The notes beneath the pieces were generated by a model. That model ran no database searches and had not been told where the DNA came from. It worked only from the letters and a program-made list of their open reading frames with translations. 64,000 nt of DNA. Source: an uncultured Verrucomicrobiae bacterium (lineage in GTDB: Bacteria; Verrucomicrobiota; Verrucomicrobiia; Chthoniobacterales; UBA10450). Numbering within the stretch: the stretch's first letter is position 1; each line of letters starts with the position of its first letter. The DNA lies in assembly GCA_963772365.1 (NCBI GenBank), contig CAVYXA010000001.1, positions 1,184,001 through 1,248,000 of the forward strand, written 5' to 3'. Position numbers and translations under genes: made by a program. Shown piece by piece: positions 9,911 through 18,310 of this stretch.

Positions 9911-10522
9911 TCAGGCTCGTGAAGAAGTTTTGCCGCGCCGCCGCCCGACCGTCGGGACGGCCTGAGGTTGGTTTCGTGACTGACAATAGTTGTAGATCTT
10001 TCCGTAAATGTGGAGCCATGCCTTCTGCTCGTCAGCGGTCAGGTATTCCATGATTTTCATCAGATTGGCGACCATTTCCTCGCGAATGCGTCGCACCAGA
10101 GCCGAGCCTTTGGACGTGATGCAGACCATGACCTTACGTCGGTCCTCCCGTGCGCTCGCCCGCGTGACAAATCTTAGATTCTCCAGTCGCGCCACCAAGC
10201 CGCTCGCGGCTGCAGTGGTGTGCCCCATTTTCTGGGCAATCGCAGACATGGTGATCACTTCTTTTTGATCGAGATATGCGAGGAGAAAAAATTGCGGGAA
10301 CGAAACATTGCCCGGTGCGAGCTCTTTGCACAGATGAAGAACGAAACAGCGCTGCATCTCCAGAACGATGTGGGACAGCCGTTCCGCGTCGGCACGGATT
10401 TGCGTGCTGGAGTCTTGCGGAAGAGACGTTTTGGTATTCAACGGGCTAAAGCTAGAAGCGACCCATAAGCTGTCAACCGACCACGGGACAAAGAAATTGC
10501 ATTCCAAGCCAGGCAGTCTCAT
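9911..10522 (-). CDS. MarR family transcriptional regulator (true start probably downstream)
   Basis: Winged HTH, DRRKVMVCITSKG motif; lies upstream of the TolC gene. Confidence 0.82.
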   Translation of the reverse strand: MRLPGLECNFFVPWSVDSLWVASSFSPLNTKTSLPQDSSTQIRADAERLSHIVLEMQRCFVLHLCKELAPGNVSFPQFFLLAYLDQKEVITMSAIAQKMGHTTAAASGLVARLENLRFVTRASAREDRRKVMVCITSKGSALVRRIREEMVANLMKIMEYLTADEQKAWLHIYGKIYNYCQSRNQPQAVPTVGRRRGKTSSRA

Positions 10523-10564
10523 CGCTCGGTAAGATGCACCGGCGGGCGCGATTGGATTCGCGAT

Positions 10565-11746
10565 TTACAAAAAGAATTGCACCTGCACAATCGCGCCGCG
10601 CTTGATCCTTTCGCCCGGCTCCAACCGCAACAAGGCGTTGGATCGACTTAGACCGAAGAGCGCGTGGGATTCCTGTCGACCCACTGGAGCAAATGTTCCG
10701 TTGTCGATCCTGCCGCGAAAGTAATGCGCTCGATCGCCGTCGTTGATAAGATCGACAGTCAATTCGGTCCGCGTAGAGGGCAGATCGAGGTCCGTTGCGC
10801 CCATCATTTTCAAAATCGCCGGCCGGACGAACACCGCGAAAGTGACGAATGCCGAGACTGGATTTCCCGGCAAACCGAAGACCAAACAATTTTCCAATTG
10901 TCCAAACAGAAATGGCTTTCCCGGCTTGATCGCCACTCGCCAGATGTCGATCTTCGCGCCTAACTCGCCCAACACATCTTTCACCAGATCGTGTTCGCCG
11001 ACCGAGACCCCGCCCGTGATAATAAGAATGGAATTCTTGGCGCCTTCTTTAATTGCTTTGGAAAGCGAATCGCGGTCGTCGCGACAATGTTTTGTGGACT
11101 TCACCGCCGCACCCGAGCGCTGAACCAATGCTTGCAGCAACGCCGAATTGCTGTCGTAAATCTGGCCGGGTTGAAGTGGTTCTCCGATCTCCGCCAGCTC
11201 GTCACCGGTGGAAATAATTGCCGCACTTGCTTCGCCGCCGACTGAGACTTCACGAAAACCCTGCGACGCCAGCAACGCGACAATCGTCGAGCAGATTCGT
11301 TCGCCTTTACTCAAAATTTTCTGGCCGTCGCTCAAGTCGCAACCGCGCCGGCGGATGAACTCGCCAGGATCGACATCGCCCTTCACCACGATCTCGTCAC
11401 CCGTACGATCGACATCTTCCTGCATCACGACCGCGTCCGCGCCGGTGGGGATCGGCGCACCCGTGAAAATCCGAACCGTTTCACCGGAGGAAATTTTGAG
11501 ATGTCGATCTTGTCCGGCCGGCTGTTCGCCGACGACCCGCAATCGCACACCGGTTTTACAATCATTCGCGATCACGGCATAGCCGTCCATGGCCGAATTG
11601 TCGAAGACCGGCAGCTGCAGGTGCGCGTAACAATCTTCCGCGGCGAAACTATCAAGCGCATCGAGCAACGAAATTTCCCGCGACGGCAAAGGCGAGATCG
11701 CTTTCAAAATCTTTTGGCGTGCTTCTTCCTCGCTAATCATGGGCAA
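10565..11746 (-). CDS. moeA: Molybdopterin molybdenumtransferase
   Basis: SAMDGYA, STGDEL, TGGVSVG and GLPGNP motifs. Confidence 0.95.
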   Translation of the reverse strand: MPMISEEEARQKILKAISPLPSREISLLDALDSFAAEDCYAHLQLPVFDNSAMDGYAVIANDCKTGVRLRVVGEQPAGQDRHLKISSGETVRIFTGAPIPTGADAVVMQEDVDRTGDEIVVKGDVDPGEFIRRRGCDLSDGQKILSKGERICSTIVALLASQGFREVSVGGEASAAIISTGDELAEIGEPLQPGQIYDSNSALLQALVQRSGAAVKSTKHCRDDRDSLSKAIKEGAKNSILIITGGVSVGEHDLVKDVLGELGAKIDIWRVAIKPGKPFLFGQLENCLVFGLPGNPVSAFVTFAVFVRPAILKMMGATDLDLPSTRTELTVDLINDGDRAHYFRGRIDNGTFAPVGRQESHALFGLSRSNALLRLEPGERIKRGAIVQVQFFL

Positions 11747-11755
11747 TGCTAGTTT

Positions 11756-11822
11756 TGTAGCGGCGGTCTATGACCGTCGCAAACTTTGTCTCAAAAGTCG
11801 GTGGTCACAGGCCGCCGCTACA
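11756..11822. repeat. GTAG-type REP doublet, family C
   Basis: TGTAGCGGCGGTCTATGACC...GGTCACAGGCCGCCGCTACA. Confidence 0.85.
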
Positions 11823-11880
11823 GGCGCCGAGGATGTTTGACGATTATCTTGTCCACCTCATATTCCCAGAGTTCATTTTT

Positions 11881-11968
11881 GGTGAGGTGGCTGAGTGGTC
11901 GAAAGCAGCGCTTTGCTAAAGCGCCGTACCTCAAAAGGGTACCGAGGGTTCGAATCCCTCCCTCACCG
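11881..11968 (+). tRNA. tRNA-Ser(GCT)
   Basis: GGTGAGG acceptor stem, GCT anticodon, long variable arm, GTTCGAATC T-loop. Confidence 0.95.
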
Positions 11969-12029
11969 AGCCTTAGTGAGGTGAGGGAATTTATAATCAG
12001 GACCTCAATTTCGGATGGCGCGGGACCGC

Positions 12030-12051
12030 AATCCCTCCCTCACCGAGCCTT
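12030..12051 (+). repeat. Exact 22-bp direct repeat of the tRNA-Ser 3' end (att-like)
   Basis: AATCCCTCCCTCACCGAGCCTT at 11953-11974 and 12030-12051. Confidence 0.9.
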
Positions 12052-12237
12052 TTTCATTCGACGTTCGGCGTTCGATGTTTGATTTCGCCTCTTGCTCCTG
12101 CTCGTCCCATTTCAGCTTTCAGCATCTCAGCGTTTCAGCTTTCCCTGATCTCGCTCGTGATCGCCCATTTCATCGTTTCAGCTTTAATTTCCTGCGGTAT
12201 TTCTCGCTATCGGGTCAATGTCTGCGATTGGTATCGC

Positions 12238-12423
12238 ATGCCACTGGAGTCTTGTCCCACTTGCGGCTACGCGCTTTCAATCGTCGATCATCATTGCCGT
12301 CATTGTGGTATCGCATCGCGGGCAATTCCATCGCAGCCTTTTGATGTGAAACACCCGCAGCAAATGATTATTACTGCCGTGGTGGTGTTAAGCGTTATCG
12401 TTTACTTGATCTTCTTTCGCTAA
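12238..12423 (+). CDS. Small zinc-ribbon membrane protein
   Basis: CPTCG...CRHCG plus a C-terminal hydrophobic helix. Confidence 0.6.
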   Translation: MPLESCPTCGYALSIVDHHCRHCGIASRAIPSQPFDVKHPQQMIITAVVVLSVIVYLIFFR

Positions 12424-12625
12424 CGAAAAGCCGCTAAGAAGGCGGATTTCGTGCGCTAAGCCCGGAACCTGTATTTCAGCACGTCGGCGTTTCCGCTTTT
12501 CAAGAGTGTCAAGAATTTGCTGCCTGATCCCTAATTGCTAATTGTCCCTAATTGTGCCATGAAAATCTCAGTCGGGGACGGATCTTGCTCTTTGCACCAG
12601 TCTCGAACAAACTGCGCAAGCATTC

Positions 12626-13315
12626 ATGGTCACAGACGAGGAGGACGTTAGAGAGCTGCCGGCATACGGGATATCCGAAGCTGCGCACTACCTTCTTGTT
12701 CCGCGGGCGACCTTGCGTTCGTGGGTCGCGGGAATGTCGTACCGCACTGGCTTTTTCAAACCGATGATTCAGCCGGCAGCGAAATCACCGGTCGCTCTTT
12801 CATTCATCAATTTGATTGAAGCCCATGTGCTCGCTGCCATTCGGCGAAAGCACCGCATCGACATGGCCGACGTTCGCCGCACAATCGTTTTTCTGAAAAA
12901 GGAATTTGGATCGAAACACCCTCTCGCGGATCACAAGTTCGAAACAAACGGTGTCGATTTGTTCGTCGAACACTTGGGCGAATTTATTTCCGCATCTGAA
13001 GGTGGGCAGATTGCCGTGAGAAATATTTTGAAGGCGCACCTGCGCAGAATAGAGCGCGATGACAAGGGTTTTCCGTTGCGCCTTTACCCGTTCACGCGAG
13101 TAGACGAAGCCGACCAACCAAGGAATATCGTCATAGACCCGTTCATCTCGTCTGGTAAAGCCGTGATTGCTGGTACCGGCGTGAGCACCAACATCGTTGC
13201 TGAACGTTTCAAGGCCGGCGAGTCCGCGGATGAGCTGGCGCACGACTACGGCTGCGTCCGCGAAAAGATTGAAGAAGCGATCCGCTGCGAGCTCTATTTC
13301 GCGCAAGCCGCCTGA
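12626..13315 (+). CDS. DUF433-domain antitoxin (VapB45-like)
   Basis: N-terminal HTH (YGISEAAHYL..TLRSW), LSFINLIEA and C-terminal IVIDP..SG..VI.GTGV. Confidence 0.8.
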   Translation: MVTDEEDVRELPAYGISEAAHYLLVPRATLRSWVAGMSYRTGFFKPMIQPAAKSPVALSFINLIEAHVLAAIRRKHRIDMADVRRTIVFLKKEFGSKHPLADHKFETNGVDLFVEHLGEFISASEGGQIAVRNILKAHLRRIERDDKGFPLRLYPFTRVDEADQPRNIVIDPFISSGKAVIAGTGVSTNIVAERFKAGESADELAHDYGCVREKIEEAIRCELYFAQAA

Positions 13316-13352
13316 AGAATTAACTTTCTTTCTCGACCGCTAGCTTGGGCTC
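13299..13352 (+). pseudogene. Remnant of a VapC45-like PIN toxin N-terminus
   Basis: An overlapping frame reads SRKPPEELTFFLDR*LG, with TAG at 13341-13343; no continuation seen. Confidence 0.6.
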
Positions 13353-13371
13353 GCAAACCCTTCTCCGTCGG

Positions 13372-13683
13372 TTATGCGTCAACGCGACCGTCGATCTTGC
13401 TTAGGCCAAGATCGATTGCTGCCTGAACTAGTGCTTGGATCACGGGATTGCATCCCTTAAAGACAAGACGCTTCAAGATATCGGATCCGTGTTGCTCGAT
13501 AAGTCCGGCAATCAGTCCATTGATAAAGGAGCTGTTTGCCGTCCGCACACCGGTGAAATCGAGCACGATTTCGCTGTGGAGGTCGACATATGGATCGATC
13601 CGGCCCCGGCGATAATCCGCCGCCGCGGAGCCGTCCGCAAGGTGGCTCCCGAGGTCGCTGGCGATATGCAGCTCCATTTTCAT
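13372..13683 (-). CDS. STAS-like (DUF4325) protein
   Basis: IVLDFTGVRTANSSFINGLI motif. Confidence 0.75.
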   Translation of the reverse strand: MKMELHIASDLGSHLADGSAAADYRRGRIDPYVDLHSEIVLDFTGVRTANSSFINGLIAGLIEQHGSDILKRLVFKGCNPVIQALVQAAIDLGLSKIDGRVDA

Positions 13684-13737
13684 ATTCGAAATCTAGCGTC
13701 TATCGTGCCGACGGCGCAAAAGTCCAGCCGAGCTCTG

Positions 13738-14109
13738 TCAGATCCTAAGCGCCAGCTGCTCTCCCGGTAATTCGAGAAATAGTCGCAACTGTTTTTCGAT
13801 CTCTTTAATTAACTGCGGGCCGAACCGACCAATGGTATGAACGACGAGCTTTTTGTTGAGGGTAAAGATTTTGTCGATTCTCACCGCGGAATTGAATCGT
13901 AAGCCCGTTGTTATAAACTCCGGGTGAGAGTTTTGCACAACGAAATCAAATGGACTTCGTCGCGAAGTGTTTGTTGTGATCAAAACGAACACCGCGTCTT
14001 GACTCGTTTGATTGTAGGAATCTGGTGAGATTATTACCGCCGGGCGGACCTTAGTCGCCGAAAGATCGGTAAAAGGATAGCTCAGGACAACGACATCCCA
14101 TTTGTTCAT
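13738..14109 (-). CDS. PemK/MazF family toxin
   Basis: DVVVLSYPFTDLSATKVRPAVIIS, LITT and S.VRIDKI.TL. Confidence 0.88.
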   Translation of the reverse strand: MNKWDVVVLSYPFTDLSATKVRPAVIISPDSYNQTSQDAVFVLITTNTSRRSPFDFVVQNSHPEFITTGLRFNSAVRIDKIFTLNKKLVVHTIGRFGPQLIKEIEKQLRLFLELPGEQLALRI

Positions 14110-14366
14110 TCATTCTTTTGCAGCAGGTCGTTGTAACCGTCCTCTTCCGTGCTGTCGAGAAATTCAAATGTGCCGGCCTTCTCTGCAGCCACGAGAAGCT
14201 CCGAATCAGATAGTCCTGTTGCGGCGACCGCCACGATGGTCGGCAACGTCAGCCGAAATTCGAAGTAGGTCGTGTGCAGTCTGCTTCCTTCGCCTTTCGC
14301 CTGATTTTGAGGCGGCGCGTCGGTAAGCGGATGAAAATATGGCGTTTCCTTAGTTATGGTCGGCAT
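14106..14366 (-). CDS. Putative antitoxin
   Basis: 4-bp overlap with the toxin start; acidic C-terminus FEFLDSTEEDGYNDL. Confidence 0.65.
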   Translation of the reverse strand: MPTITKETPYFHPLTDAPPQNQAKGEGSRLHTTYFEFRLTLPTIVAVAATGLSDSELLVAAEKAGTFEFLDSTEEDGYNDLLQKNE

Positions 14367-14375
14367 ACAAACTCT

Positions 14376-14780
14376 TTAGGCAGCTTTCATCATACCAACC
14401 TCGAACCGGCTCTGCAAGATAAGCTCGCCGTCACACAAAAACTCAATGCTATGGAGGCCGGGTTTAGCAAAAGTCACGTTGTTAAACTGAAAACTCATCT
14501 CCACCACATGATTTGGATCCTGGAATGGAATTGCACCTTTCATGGCAAAAATCTCGGTATTTTGATCTGTTTCATTAACGCATTTGATCTCGGCCTCGGC
14601 TGTGCCACGGCCATTCGTGACCGCGACGAAAAGCGTCAATCGCGGATGCACGCAAGGAAATCTGCTTGCCAACACTTGGTTGAAAGTGCTGACGAGAGTT
14701 TTTTCGTGCGTCACGGCGTCGGTGATCACTCGGTCACAGATGATTAACGCGATTCCAATCGGCTTGTCTGCGGATGCCAT
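14376..14780 (-). CDS. DUF6941-like beta-rich protein
   Basis: ALIICD.VI.D....KTLV..FN and F..PG.H.IEF..DGE pattern. Confidence 0.6.
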   Translation of the reverse strand: MASADKPIGIALIICDRVITDAVTHEKTLVSTFNQVLASRFPCVHPRLTLFVAVTNGRGTAEAEIKCVNETDQNTEIFAMKGAIPFQDPNHVVEMSFQFNNVTFAKPGLHSIEFLCDGELILQSRFEVGMMKAA

Positions 14781-14815
14781 GCGTCTCGCAGACTAGCGAT
14801 GCGAGCTTGAGAAAG

Positions 14816-16201
14816 TCAATCTGTTCGCAAACCAATCGGATCAACCGCCAATTTACCTCTCCGTCGCGGCTTTTCAGAACTAGCTTTCTGCGCTCCAATT
14901 CGTTCCAGCAAAACTGAAGCAGGTTCGTCGTTTGGATCTTGGGGGACAAGTTCGCCGCGGAAGGCTTTGGCGAGAATCGATTGGGTGAGATTGTCGATGT
15001 ACCCTTTGGCTTTGGCATAGCGCGCTTCAATCTGGTCGGCCAGCGCAAACAACTCCTCCACTCGGCGCACGATTTCTTTTTGCTCGGCCAGCGGCGCGAT
15101 CGGAAACTCAAGCTCCCGGAATCGACGTTTGTTGATGATCGGTAGGGTTGTCGACGATGACTCTTCAATGATTCGTCGCTGGAAATATGGCGAGGAGCAG
15201 TAGAGAAAGGTGAAGCTCGGCTCGACATTATCGCTAGGCAGAATTGAATTGATTTGTTGATTGGTCGCACCGCGCACGCGAAGTAAACCTGTTTTTCCGA
15301 TCGTCGCGCCAATAGACGTTACGCATGTGGTCATAGATGGAAGCAATCGCGCGTGTTTCTCCCCCTTCGTGGAAAGCCATTCGCGCGCTTCGCGAACATA
15401 CGCTCCTGCATCCAAGTCGGTCGGCTTGAAGAACGGACAATCAGTTGATCTGTCGCTGTAATTCTCTGCGTACTTTTTAGGTGGTGTCGTTCCAGTTTCA
15501 ACTGTCAACACCGTTCCAAGTCGTTTCCACCGCCAAGTCTGCGGGAGCTGAATCGAGCCATCGGTTTGATCATCGCTGAATTGGATTTTAATTTTTTCGT
15601 TGCGTTCGCGCCAATCGGCGGTGAGGCGGCCGGAGCAGGCGGCAGCGAGGACGGATTGGCGAAAGCGTTTGAGCAGGACGAAAATTTTCGTCAGCCGTTG
15701 GCGACATGCATCCACTTTGCCTAACAGCTGCTCAAGTTTCGCCACAATCCGACGCTGCTCGTTCAGCGGAGGGAGGGGAACTCCGATCTCTTCTAAATCG
15801 GACTTGCTGATTTGGGTGAATGTCGATCCCGTTCCCTGTGTCGCGAGCCAAGGTTCAATGCTACGCAGGTAGGAAAGTAGATAGTGAGGCGGAATGCCAT
15901 CGCGCGGACGAATCCCCGCTAATCCGCGGCCGATGCACGAGCGTTCGCGGGAAAGATTCGTTGGGCCAACAGGTGCCCGAACCGAAATCAGGATATCGCC
16001 AACCTCAGCAACTTTGTTTGGGTGTGAGCAGAACTTCCGAGGAGTCGGATACAATTCGCCGAACTCCGCCTTGCCTTGGAAAAACGGAAGGCCTTCACCG
16101 ATTGTATTGTAAGTAGTGGACGGAGGCGACTGCCCCATGTTTAAGGCGGCGATTTGCGACAGCGCAACTTCTATCCAGCCCTGTGGCAGCTCGTCGCTCA
16201 T
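14816..16201 (-). CDS. hsdS: Type I restriction-modification specificity subunit
   Basis: MSDELPQGW start, two TRDs, PPLNEQRRIV / PLAEQKEIVRRVE repeats, SILAKAFRGELVPQDP. Confidence 0.93.
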   Translation of the reverse strand: MSDELPQGWIEVALSQIAALNMGQSPPSTTYNTIGEGLPFFQGKAEFGELYPTPRKFCSHPNKVAEVGDILISVRAPVGPTNLSRERSCIGRGLAGIRPRDGIPPHYLLSYLRSIEPWLATQGTGSTFTQISKSDLEEIGVPLPPLNEQRRIVAKLEQLLGKVDACRQRLTKIFVLLKRFRQSVLAAACSGRLTADWRERNEKIKIQFSDDQTDGSIQLPQTWRWKRLGTVLTVETGTTPPKKYAENYSDRSTDCPFFKPTDLDAGAYVREAREWLSTKGEKHARLLPSMTTCVTSIGATIGKTGLLRVRGATNQQINSILPSDNVEPSFTFLYCSSPYFQRRIIEESSSTTLPIINKRRFRELEFPIAPLAEQKEIVRRVEELFALADQIEARYAKAKGYIDNLTQSILAKAFRGELVPQDPNDEPASVLLERIGAQKASSEKPRRRGKLAVDPIGLRTD

Positions 16202-16218
16202 CGCAGCGGACCCCATAC

Positions 16219-16536
16219 TCAGGCAGATCGACCCAGCCACCTGAATACGGCGGTTTCGACTTCGATAACTTGCGCTGAGGTAAGCGCACCGAGTTTGCGA
16301 ATCGCGCGAGCGGTCGGATACGTGGCGATGCTTTGGGCAACGAATGCGCCCTCTTTGAGAAAGGGAACGTCTATTTTAATTTCGAATTGCGAGCCGCGAA
16401 GACTGGTGGTGTGGAAGACAACAGTGATAACGGCGCGGTCGGTGTCGGCAAAGGGCCCACTGAGAATGAGAACAGGCCGGATCTTCTCGACCATGCCGCA
16501 ATCGAAAAGCCAGACTTCGCCGCGTTTAAGAGGCAC
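16219..16536 (-). CDS. PemK/MazF family toxin
   Basis: KRGEVWLFD.G...K.RPVLILS; GTG start overlapping the antitoxin end. Confidence 0.82.
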   Translation of the reverse strand: MPLKRGEVWLFDCGMVEKIRPVLILSGPFADTDRAVITVVFHTTSLRGSQFEIKIDVPFLKEGAFVAQSIATYPTARAIRKLGALTSAQVIEVETAVFRWLGRSA

Positions 16537-16714
16537 GTTCTTCCTCGTCGAGCATCGCCGCGAGCGCATCAGCAGCGGCAGCAACCGTCTCATCGGTGAG
16601 CGGCCCGGAGTCCCACGGCGGTAGATGATCAATCACCTCGCGCACGAACTCCTGTTTTTCCTCGGCAGGTAACGCCTCAAACTCGGAAAGCAATTTTGCA
16701 GTGGCGGTACTCAT
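16526..16714 (-). CDS. Putative antitoxin
   Basis: 62-aa acidic protein overlapping the toxin start. Confidence 0.7.
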   Translation of the reverse strand: MSTATAKLLSEFEALPAEEKQEFVREVIDHLPPWDSGPLTDETVAAAADALAAMLDEEERAS

Positions 16715-16770
16715 GTTAGAAATTTAGCGAATCTTGATCCGCTTGTCAGGTGCGAAGTTCCTAACATCGA

Positions 16771-16860
16771 TCATTTCTCGACGAGTTCTTCTTTCTCCAC
16801 AAGATCGACAATCTCGCGGAGATCATCGACCACGGCTTCCAATTCGGTGATGGCTTCCGC
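16771..16860 (-). pseudogene. Second, diverged copy of the hsdM 3' end
   Basis: Reads AEAITELEAVVDDLREIVDLVEKEELVEK*, versus HsdM SEAVTELESVVDDLKEIIALVETEEAVET*. Confidence 0.82.
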
Positions 16861-16882
16861 CTTCGGCAAGCCTACGGCGGAC
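16856..16882. repeat. Short REP-like hairpin TCCGCCTTCGGCAAGCCTACGGCGGAC
   Basis: TCCGCC...GGCGGA stem located at the breakpoint of the hsdM duplicate. Confidence 0.55.
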
Positions 16883-16901
16883 ACGTCGCTTCGTCGGAGG
16901 C

Positions 16902-18308
16902 TCATGTTTCGACCGCTTCCTCCGTTTCAACAAGCGCGATGATCTCTTTGAGATCGTCTACTACAGATTCCAATTCAGTCACCGCCTCTGACGCGAGGTC
17001 TTGCGGTTCGGGAAGTTCGTCGCTGTCTTCGAGCGATTCGTCTTTCAACCAGGTGATGTCGAGCTTGTATTCGCGTTCCTTGATCTGGTTGATGTCGAAA
17101 CTGCGGTAGCGTTCGGCTTCGGTCCGTTTACTTCTGCCATTCGGATCGGACCCGTAAGCCTTTTCGAATTCCACGAAATGCTGCGAAGAAAGGGGGCGAT
17201 CTTTCTTCGTGATGCCGGGCACATTGGAACGCGCATCGAAAATCCACGTCGCTTCAGTCGGCGCGCCTTTTTGGAAGAAGATCACGTTCGCTTTCACGCC
17301 TTGGCTGTAGGGAGTAAAAGTGCCGCGCGGGAGCCGTAGGACTGTGTGCAGATTGCAATCTTGCATCAGAATCTCGAACACTTCGCCGGCTTTGCCTTCA
17401 AAGAGACAGTTGTCCGGCAATACGATCGCGGCGCGTCCGCCGGGCTTGAGCGCGGTGAGCACGTGCTGAACGAAATTGAGCTGCTTGTTACTGGTCTCAA
17501 TAGTAAAATCTTCGCGCTCCGGCGCCTGGTTCGCGCCTTTGGTTCCGAATGGCGGATTCGTCAGGATCACGTCGTTCTTCTCGCCGCGGAATGGTTCGTA
17601 GATGGTGTCGCCGAGATAAATGTGTGGCTCAACGCCGTGCAAAAATAAATTCATCAACGCCAGCCGGCGCGGACGCGGCACCAAATCCTGACCGTAATAG
17701 GTTTGCGTCTTGATTCGCTTCGCGTCGGCGCGATCGAAGACGCCTTTGGCTTGATCGACAAGCCATTCGTAGCTGCACACAAGAAATCCGCCGGTGCCGC
17801 AAGCCGGGTCGGCGATAGTGAATTCCGGCTTGCCGCGCGGATCGGGCTTCATCACGCGCACAATCGATTTGATGAGCACGCGTGGAGTAAAGTACTGGCC
17901 CGCGCCCTTCTTGCCTTCACTCGCTGCTTTTTCCAACAAACCTTCGAACGCTGCGCCCTTCACATCCACGTCCATCGCTGACCAATCCTCTTCATCGATC
18001 ATCGCAATAACACGCTTGAGATTGACCGGATTGTTAAAGCGCGGCGTGGCTTGCGCGAAAATATCGCCTAACAAACCACCCGCTTCGCGCAGCCGGCGCA
18101 AAATGTCTGCGTAGTGATCGGTGAGCTTAGTGCCGGATTGTTGCTTCAGACTGGCCCAGTCGCAGCCCTTCGGGACTTGGGCGGCGCGTTCCTCCGCCAT
18201 TTTGAGAAAGAGCAGATACGTGAGCTGCTCGATGTAATCGCCGTAATCGATTCCGTCGTGGCGAAGCGTATGACAAAATCCCCAAAGTTTTTGAACGATG
18301 TCAGACAT
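16902..18308 (-). CDS. hsdM: Type I R-M N6-adenine methyltransferase
   Basis: GQYFTPR, DPACGTGGF (motif I) and NPPF (motif IV). Confidence 0.95.
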   Translation of the reverse strand: MSDIVQKLWGFCHTLRHDGIDYGDYIEQLTYLLFLKMAEERAAQVPKGCDWASLKQQSGTKLTDHYADILRRLREAGGLLGDIFAQATPRFNNPVNLKRVIAMIDEEDWSAMDVDVKGAAFEGLLEKAASEGKKGAGQYFTPRVLIKSIVRVMKPDPRGKPEFTIADPACGTGGFLVCSYEWLVDQAKGVFDRADAKRIKTQTYYGQDLVPRPRRLALMNLFLHGVEPHIYLGDTIYEPFRGEKNDVILTNPPFGTKGANQAPEREDFTIETSNKQLNFVQHVLTALKPGGRAAIVLPDNCLFEGKAGEVFEILMQDCNLHTVLRLPRGTFTPYSQGVKANVIFFQKGAPTEATWIFDARSNVPGITKKDRPLSSQHFVEFEKAYGSDPNGRSKRTEAERYRSFDINQIKEREYKLDITWLKDESLEDSDELPEPQDLASEAVTELESVVDDLKEIIALVETEEAVET

Positions 18309-18310
18309 AG

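Noticed and set aside
13369..13380. 12-bp match CGGTTATGCGTC to the attC end at 60192-60203
   Set aside because: No complementary arm or L boxes; probably chance
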